A DNA stretch of 64,000 nucleotides from an uncultured candidate division Zixibacteria bacterium. GTDB taxonomy: Bacteria > Zixibacteria > MSB-5A5 > UBA10806 > 4484-95. Of the stretch, positions 57,148 to 64,000 are shown in pieces (positions within the stretch are counted from its first letter, which is position 1; each line of letters opens with the position of its first letter). Below the pieces are notes generated by a model that had not been told where the DNA came from, ran no database searches, and saw only the letters and a list, made by a program, of their open reading frames with translations. The position numbers and the translations under genes are program-made. The stretch lies in contig CAXXKA010000008.1 in NCBI GenBank assembly GCA_963668625.2, positions 768,001-832,000 of the forward strand, written 5' to 3'.

Positions 57148-58656
57148 ATGTATGCTGTAAAAACCGCCGTGTTTATGGCTATATTTAACCTGGCAGTATA
57201 TGCCGGCGGCATAATCCCATTCAATGGATCGGATTCCGATATTTACTATAATTTCCACAGGGAATTATATCTCAGGGGACAAATCGAAACTATATCCTCG
57301 ATATATTCCCCCTCTGTCGATGGTGTTTCGGATGATATCGGTTCCGGATACCGATACCTGTTAACGCCATTGCATAACCTGGAAAGCCGATACCTCGCGG
57401 AAAATAACAATCTAGCCCTGGATATTAACCTGATGCCCCATAGTGTTATCACCAATGAGGATGAAAACGCATATATGGCCCTGGCGCCTTATTTAAACTA
57501 TGGTTTTTCGGATAGATTAACGATGGCCGTTGCCTATCGTGTGGATGGTGCATTGGTGGATGACCATCGCTACCAGGGCAAGAAATGGGATAATTTCGCC
57601 GGCTACGCCGACCTGGCAGTGATAAGCTACCGTACCCAAAAACTCAGGCTCGATATCGGCAGACGGCAATCATGCTGGGGAGCGGCCTCAGGCGGTAATT
57701 CGCTTATGCTTTCATCCTCGGCCATGCCTATGGATGGCGTATTTTTCGACTACTTTTTCGGCAAGCACCTGTCATTCCACTCGATAACAGCCTATCTTTC
57801 ACCACTCCCCCAAAACTCGCCGTATAGCGATATCGGTCAAACCGATAATCGTTACTTCTCGGCTCATGCTCTTCGAATATCGCCCCTCTCCTGGTGGGAG
57901 ATCGTCCTGAAAGAGTCGGTAATCTACGGCGGGATCGGCCGCCGCCTCGAACCAGGATACATCATTCCCGCGATCTGGTATCACGCCGAGCAATTGAATG
58001 ATAAAGTTGATGATAACACGTTTTTCGGTTTCGAGACTATCATACGTTCCCCGAACAGATATGCCGCCTTCCTCGAAATTCTTTTAGATGATATCCAGAT
58101 CGAAAACGAAACCGAGGCGGACAACGAGCCCACTGAAATCGGCATAATTATTGGCGCCGATCTGTTCGATTGGCCGATCGCAAAAGGAGCGTTGGAGTTC
58201 CAATATACGCGTGTCAATAATTATACGTACAATCAGATAAAACCTCGTAATGTATATATTAACCAAAATTATCCTATCGGGCACCCGCTTGGTCCCGATC
58301 ATGAAAGTTACGAAATATCATACACTTATCATGCCACAAAGGAATTTACAGCGATATTAAAAGGCAGCCTTACCAATAACGGCGAGGGCGCTTTAGGCGA
58401 TCCCTGGACCGAGCCCTGGCTGGATAATCCTGAATATTCGGAGAAGTTCCCCTCGGGCATCGTAGAGAGAAGATTAGAGGGTAAAATCAGCATTCACTAT
58501 GTTAAAAATGATTGGCTTAGAGGTAAGTTGAGCGCGGATCTGGCCGATATTAAAAATAATGAGAATTACTCCGCAGTCAATGAAACTGACTGGGGTATTA
58601 ATATTCAAATTATGGTTCATTTGCCAAAATTAAGCTGGAGGTTCAGTGATGACTAA
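57148..58656 (+). CDS. Capsule assembly Wzi-family outer-membrane protein
   Basis: GR..WG...SLMLS, HAL.I, E.VIY, YTRV..YTY, PIGHPLGPD; EPS gene context. Confidence 0.7.
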   Translation: MYAVKTAVFMAIFNLAVYAGGIIPFNGSDSDIYYNFHRELYLRGQIETISSIYSPSVDGVSDDIGSGYRYLLTPLHNLESRYLAENNNLALDINLMPHSVITNEDENAYMALAPYLNYGFSDRLTMAVAYRVDGALVDDHRYQGKKWDNFAGYADLAVISYRTQKLRLDIGRRQSCWGAASGGNSLMLSSSAMPMDGVFFDYFFGKHLSFHSITAYLSPLPQNSPYSDIGQTDNRYFSAHALRISPLSWWEIVLKESVIYGGIGRRLEPGYIIPAIWYHAEQLNDKVDDNTFFGFETIIRSPNRYAAFLEILLDDIQIENETEADNEPTEIGIIIGADLFDWPIAKGALEFQYTRVNNYTYNQIKPRNVYINQNYPIGHPLGPDHESYEISYTYHATKEFTAILKGSLTNNGEGALGDPWTEPWLDNPEYSEKFPSGIVERRLEGKISIHYVKNDWLRGKLSADLADIKNNENYSAVNETDWGINIQIMVHLPKLSWRFSDD

Positions 58657-60652
58657 GAATATTAAATCAGCAATCGTGTTCACGATTATATTTGCCCTGG
58701 CGGCATTTGGGATATCGTCGGCCGATAGCGATTATCAGGTAGGCACGCGCGGCGAGGCTATCGGATTCGCGTTTTCGGTTTTGGCGGATGAGCCATTCGG
58801 TTCACTCTACAATCCGGCCGGCCCGGCATTCAGCCATGGATACCAGGCCCAGGTCGGCTACCAGATGCCGACCGAATACGGCCTTTCGCCTATCGAGGAA
58901 TCACCATATGGCGCTATGATGGGAGTTAACTACAGCACCGCCAATATGGGTACGGTCTCTTTCAACTCCCACAGGTACGGTTCATTTTCCGATCCATCAT
59001 ATGTAACCACGACCAACGCCATAAATCTTTCTTATGCCCACCCGTTCGGACAATCGCTTTCGGCAGGTATAGGGATCAAATACCTGTTCGAGTCCGATTT
59101 CGAGAAACGCAACGCCTTCGATTTCGATTTGGGCGTGAAATATCGCATAAACGAAAATATCAGTGTCGGCGGTGTTCTGGAAAACGCTACCCGCGCGAAT
59201 TTCAATTCCGATCTGCTCAGTGCCCATCTGGATAGAAAAGTTCGAGTAGCCGGAGCATACCATCTTCAGTTGAACCAGCATATCGCCTCATTTTTATTGG
59301 GTACCCAGTTTACCCAAAACGAGGGCGAGGATGTCGAGTTCACGAATTTGTTGAATGTCGGCACCGAATGGTGGTTGGCCGCGTACAGCGATATTTCTCT
59401 GGGCGCGAGAGGCGGCTACACTTTCGGCAAGTACAAACCCTCCGTTCTGGATGAACAGGACTACAGTCGTTGGAGCCTCGGTTTCTCGCTCAATTTCAAT
59501 ATGCAGGGTAACGACCTTCGCATTGACTATGCCATAAGATCATATCCTTACGAGTCGGATGAATCGCTCACCGCCGATCAATTTTTGTCAGTCAGTTATG
59601 GCTGGGGCGGCGTACCCGATTATTTCGCCGGCAAAGAAATCAAGGATGATAAATACGACCTGACCAAATATCAGCAATCGCAGGATTGGCAAACACCGGA
59701 AAGCGTGGAAAAGTTACGTGAACCGGTAACGGTCGTCGAAACGCCGATTGCCGAGCCTGGAACTCAGGTTGAACTCCCGGTTGAGGTTGCCTCGAAACCA
59801 CAAACACCGGTTGCAGCTCCTGGCGAAATCGCCCCGAAACCGAAACCGGCCGAGGAGCCGGCAATAAACACTCCGGTTGGTATTCCGCCTACCCAAACAC
59901 AGGCGCCTCCAGAGGTCACGCAAACTCAAGAACCAGTCAGCTTGACGATCGTAGATAACACCATTTTAGTGAATGAACAGCCGATAGAGTCACCGGTTTC
60001 GATAAGCGAGCCCAAACCGGTGGTCGAAACACCCATAGAGCCTACCGACGAGACAACGCCGGTCAGCCTGAAAATAATCGAATTGCCTGAGCCGGAAAAA
60101 GCTCCGGTGAGTTTAACGCCTGCGCCGGTAGCGGTTCCCACACCTACTCAAAACCAGGTTGAACAACCCCAAAGCCAAATGCCCGAAGTTGTGGCCACGG
60201 AGCCTCCGATGCAGTCAGAGCCTCCCGTGATTGCCCAGATACCCGAGGAAGAACCGGCCATCGTTCCGGTAATAAATAAGCCTAAAAGAGCGCCGCAACC
60301 GGAAGAAATAGAGTACGAGAAACTGGAGCTTAGCCTGGATGCCAACCAGATGAGCGCGCTGGGTATGAATAAAGTTATTTTCACGATGAGGCCGAATGCG
60401 ATTCTTCATCTTGAATCGTGGAAACTTTACGTTTTCGCCAAGAAACCCAAAAAATGGAACCCGGCTGTTATTGATGATTACGCGATGGCTATTATACGGG
60501 GTAAAGGTGTTACGCCACTTACCATTGTTTGGGACGGCACGCTGGCGCGCGGCGGCACGATCGCTAAAGGCAAGTACTATTTCATAGTGGTGGGACAGGA
60601 TAGCTACGGCACTCATTACAAAACGAAATGGCGCAAATTTAAAGTCCAATAG
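58649..60652 (+). CDS. PorV/PorP-like beta-barrel + Pro-rich linker + FlgD-like Ig domain
   Basis: GTR..AIG.AF...ADE..SLYNPAG; P/E/V/T-rich aa ~345-555; IVWDG...GKYYF. Confidence 0.65.
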   Translation: MTKNIKSAIVFTIIFALAAFGISSADSDYQVGTRGEAIGFAFSVLADEPFGSLYNPAGPAFSHGYQAQVGYQMPTEYGLSPIEESPYGAMMGVNYSTANMGTVSFNSHRYGSFSDPSYVTTTNAINLSYAHPFGQSLSAGIGIKYLFESDFEKRNAFDFDLGVKYRINENISVGGVLENATRANFNSDLLSAHLDRKVRVAGAYHLQLNQHIASFLLGTQFTQNEGEDVEFTNLLNVGTEWWLAAYSDISLGARGGYTFGKYKPSVLDEQDYSRWSLGFSLNFNMQGNDLRIDYAIRSYPYESDESLTADQFLSVSYGWGGVPDYFAGKEIKDDKYDLTKYQQSQDWQTPESVEKLREPVTVVETPIAEPGTQVELPVEVASKPQTPVAAPGEIAPKPKPAEEPAINTPVGIPPTQTQAPPEVTQTQEPVSLTIVDNTILVNEQPIESPVSISEPKPVVETPIEPTDETTPVSLKIIELPEPEKAPVSLTPAPVAVPTPTQNQVEQPQSQMPEVVATEPPMQSEPPVIAQIPEEEPAIVPVINKPKRAPQPEEIEYEKLELSLDANQMSALGMNKVIFTMRPNAILHLESWKLYVFAKKPKKWNPAVIDDYAMAIIRGKGVTPLTIVWDGTLARGGTIAKGKYYFIVVGQDSYGTHYKTKWRKFKVQ

Positions 60653-60679
60653 AAAATTGCAATATCATGATGATACGAG

Positions 60680-60711
60680 AAAGCAGCGGCTGGAGGAGGG
60701 CGCTGCTTTTT
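60680..60711. terminator. Bidirectional terminator
   Basis: AAAGCAGCG...CGCTGCTTTT between convergent genes. Confidence 0.6.
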
Positions 60712-62003
60712 CTATTTAAGCAATGTCATTTTCACGACCTCGGTAACACCATCAACCTGCAACCGGGCGAAATACATGCCCGAGGCTATCGTGGCATCCC
60801 CCCAGCGATACTTATGCTCGCCGGTTCGTAATTCGCTATTGACTATGGTACATACCCGGCTGCCCAGGATATCGTAAATTTCCAGTTTCACCTGACCGGC
60901 GTTGCCCAGGTTAAAGCTGATCTCGGTTGATATGTTAAACGGGTTGGGATAACTGCCCAGGCTTAACCGATAATCACCGGGTATCTCAACAGGCTCATCG
61001 ATACCCGTAAGGTAGTTCAACTCCTCCAGGTAAACATCATGGTTATCCGGGTAATTGACCGCGTGCGCATATGTGATATACTCATCATGCCCCTCGATAT
61101 ACAGATGCGGCTGGGTGTTATTAACATTATCCTCGGTAATGATATATTCCTCGCCCCAGTCGATAGCATCATAGGAGAAACGGCAACAGATATTGTACAC
61201 GCCGGCGGTGTTTTTTGCATAAGAGAGCATATAGGCGCTATCGAACATCTCGCATACGAAAGGATCGTGCGAGTTCATGTTGTCGGTCATACGCATGTGT
61301 TCGCTCCAGTCATCGAGATTGCCGGAGGTGGTAATGAAAACATCATACTCGTACGTTGTGCCTGTGCGTTTATGATAAGCGTACAGGTAAGTGCCGCCAC
61401 TATGGCGCATAATACGGGGACGGTATCCCGAATTGGATATCTGCCTTTTAAGCGTATCCCACTGGCCGCCGGCCGGGCAATGCGCTACATACACGCCGTT
61501 ACTCATCACCACATAGCTCATGGCTAACGAACCATCGGGTGACTGAGTCACCGTAGGATCGTAATATTGTGTGCCGCCGGTCCAGCCTAAATCAACCACC
61601 CCCTCGGCAGTCCAGTCGATACCATCAAGAGAACAGGCGGAGTAGATTTTATAGCCGCCATCCTCGTTTTCGAGGCATAATACAGCCGGATAGTATCAGA
61701 TGGTGTCTGCACGAACGACAATGTCGCCTGATCACCCGCGCCGGTTATGATAGCCTCGGGATCGCTCCAGGTCAGGCCGTCATCATCGGAGAACGCAACA
61801 TACAGGTCGCCCGATTGCCAGTCGGGGTTGCGGCAGAACACGGTCATCAACCGGCCGGTGTGTATCCTGGCAATCCACGACTCGTAATCGTTACCAGGCC
61901 CTCCGGAGATGATAACCGGGTCGGCGAAGGCCGCGCATGAAATCGTTAATACCATCATAAGCTGCAAAACTATTCTTGTGATATAGTTGCTCGAATAATT
62001 CAT
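60712..62003 (-). pseudogene. Secreted BNR/sialidase-like beta-propeller with T9SS-like CTD, split by a frameshift near 61667-61670
   Basis: AAGGAG SD + signal peptide + SDDDGLTWS; a 1-nt frameshift joins YYAS to NEDGGYKIYSACSLDGIDW and on to YPNPFN. Confidence 0.75.
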
Positions 62004-62251
62004 AAACAATCTCCTTGTGAATCGTACCCAATATGATAAATATAAAAGAGAATGTCGAATATACAAGAACTAATATTTGCCGCTAGCGGTAAGTTCAAGC
62101 TAGCTTCCTGATCTCCCGGACCATTCGGCAATTCCGATAGATGATCGTAATTGCTAGATATATAAGAGATTATTCCGCAGTACACAGCTATCAAAACCAA
62201 TAGTATTCCGTTTTCTTAAACCACAGGGAAATTCTGGAAACATTCCATTAG

Positions 62252-62277
62252 AATATACGTAAGCACTTACATATATT
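62252..62277. promoter_or_regulatory. Probable MarR operator
   Basis: AATATACGTAAG-ca-CTTACATATATT inverted repeat ~25 bp upstream of the MarR-GNAT gene. Confidence 0.65.
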
Positions 62278-62301
62278 TATTGTTAGAAGGGTGATTAAAA
62301 T

Positions 62302-63267
62302 ATGGATTTAATTCAGAATCTCGGCCCCCTGGCTTTTGCCAGTCGGCTCAAGCGATTAGCGGATATCCTTCAGAGGGATGTATCACGAATATATAAAGAT
62401 CAACATCTGGATTTCGAGGCGCGCTGGTTTCCTGTTATGTACGCTCTTACGCAGAAACAATCTATGGCAATCACCGAGCTTGCCAGAAAACTGAATATGA
62501 CTCACCCGGCAATCAACCAGATATCCATGGCAATGGGGAAAAAGGGCTTGATCGATTCCAGGCGCGGTAAGGCGGATGAACGTCAGAGATTCATCAGTTT
62601 GAGTGCCAAAGGCGTGAAACTTGCCCGAGAGCTGAAACCCATCTGGCGGGAGATAAAAATCGCTACGGATGATTTAGTAAAATCTATCGGCGGCGATTTT
62701 TTCGATGCATTGTCCGGGATCGAAAAACAATTGGATAATAACAGCATGTATGCGAGAATCAATTCCAAATTTAAAGCTATTAATTATGAGAATATTGAGA
62801 TTGTCGGTTATAAACCGGCTTACAAAAAATATTTCAAGCAACTTAACTATCAATGGCTGAACGAGTATTTTAACATCGAGAGTCATGATGAAGAGATTCT
62901 CTCCAATCCTCATACTAATATTATCAAGCCAGGAGGCGTTATACTTTTCGCCCGACTCGAAAAGAAAGTGATCGGGACGGTAGCGGCCAAACCCATAAAT
63001 GCCGACATATTCGAGTTGAGCAAGCTCGCAGTCAGCGCTAAGTTCAGACGTATTCAAGCGGGCAGGAAACTGGTAGAGAGTATTATCGAAACGGTTAAAT
63101 CCGGGGGCGCACGGAAAATTATATTGGTAACCAGCCCCAAACTGACTGCGGCCAATAGTCTCTATTCGAGTCTGGGGTTCAATTTGGCAGAAGATGAATT
63201 CGACCTTTTGACGAATTTAAAGAGAAAATCATATTGTATGGAATTAGTATTTAAACCCGGGAGGTGA
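62302..63267 (+). CDS. Bifunctional MarR-family HTH / GNAT acetyltransferase
   Basis: SRLKRL, ITELA...THPAI.Q, DERQR..LS.KG; FELSKLAV, LY..LGF. Confidence 0.9.
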   Translation: MDLIQNLGPLAFASRLKRLADILQRDVSRIYKDQHLDFEARWFPVMYALTQKQSMAITELARKLNMTHPAINQISMAMGKKGLIDSRRGKADERQRFISLSAKGVKLARELKPIWREIKIATDDLVKSIGGDFFDALSGIEKQLDNNSMYARINSKFKAINYENIEIVGYKPAYKKYFKQLNYQWLNEYFNIESHDEEILSNPHTNIIKPGGVILFARLEKKVIGTVAAKPINADIFELSKLAVSAKFRRIQAGRKLVESIIETVKSGGARKIILVTSPKLTAANSLYSSLGFNLAEDEFDLLTNLKRKSYCMELVFKPGR

Positions 63268-63268
63268 A

Positions 63269-64000
63269 ATGAATTCTATTCTTGAAAGTGTTCAAATTCC
63301 GAAACTGGTATTTCGGGTGTTAGTTTTCAGCTTGTTGGTTATGAGTAGCTCGGCGATGGGTCAAGCGGCAAAAATCGATGATAAAACAATCGATTCCGGT
63401 TGGCAATCCGAGTTGATAGACAGTATCGAAACGGCATTGAACGAAATATATGTTTTTCCCGATATCGCCAAGAAAATGGGAAAGCATTTGAGAAAGCAAT
63501 TCAAACAGAAGAAATATGCCGAACTAACCAGCCTTCGTGATTTTACGGCAAAACTCACCGAGGACATGCATGAGATAAACCACGATAAACACTTAGCCAT
63601 AAGGTATATTTCCGATGAAATGATCGCTCAATATGAGGGCGATACCCTCACTGATCAAGCGGAGATCGAGGAACTTAAAAATGCCCAACGCGATAATTTC
63701 GGATTCAAAGAGGTCAAAATTCTGAATGGTAATATCGGCTACATTGATTTTAGATATTTCGCCGATGCGAGCAAAGCGGGTGCTACGGCAATCGCAGCTA
63801 TGAATTTCCTGGCTTATACGGATGCCATCATTTTCGATCTTCGTGAAAACGGTGGCGGCAGCCCCTCGATGATACAGCTTATATCGAGTTATTTGTTCGA
63901 GGAGCCGGTTCACCTTAATAGTTTTTATGTGCGGGAAACCGATTCGGTTCAGCAGTTCTGGACCCAGTCGTTTGTCTCTGGCCCCAGGATGTCCGATGCG
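63269..64000 (+). CDS. S41-family (IRBP-like) peptidase, truncated by window end, not in ORF track
   Basis: Translated by hand: signal peptide, YVFPD, DKHL, NFGFKEV.ILNGNIGYI, IIFDLRENGGG. Confidence 0.88.
   Translation, partial: MNSILESVQIPKLVFRVLVFSLLVMSSSAMGQAAKIDDKTIDSGWQSELIDSIETALNEIYVFPDIAKKMGKHLRKQFKQKKYAELTSLRDFTAKLTEDMHEINHDKHLAIRYISDEMIAQYEGDTLTDQAEIEELKNAQRDNFGFKEVKILNGNIGYIDFRYFADASKAGATAIAAMNFLAYTDAIIFDLRENGGGSPSMIQLISSYLFEEPVHLNSFYVRETDSVQQFWTQSFVSGPRMSDA

Overview
Bacterial genomic window, GC ~47% by eye. The taxon is probably candidate division Zixibacteria or a related FCB lineage; this is inferred from dockerin-like and YPNPFN-type C-terminal domains on secreted proteins. 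The first 10.2 kb holds three tandem, diverged copies of an uncharacterised four-gene membrane module: A (FN3 + DUF6754-like), B and D (polytopic membrane proteins) and C (membrane-anchored alpha/beta protein). A and C appear to be homologues with opposite membrane topology, which suggests a novel pseudo-symmetric transport or signalling complex. It runs directly into an active/inactive DUF3857-transglutaminase pair, mutM and a patatin. The middle of the window has a Fur-boxed Fe/Mn SOD, many secreted or lipoproteins (three with a Cys-containing dockerin-like tail), short MITE/REP-like repeats, an intact IS256-family element with target-site duplication, and a TetR-TonB receptor pair. That pair is flanked by three paralogous promoter-hairpin-terminator units that look like an undescribed sibling sRNA family. 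The right part has nfo, TPR/BatA genes and a capsule/EPS locus containing a Lys-less HisC-like pseudoenzyme and a receiver domain fused to a WcaJ-like membrane domain. It ends with a frameshifted BNR protein and a MarR-GNAT/S41 peptidase pair that runs off the window. No rRNA, tRNA or CRISPR array was seen. All family names come from motif recognition, not database searches.
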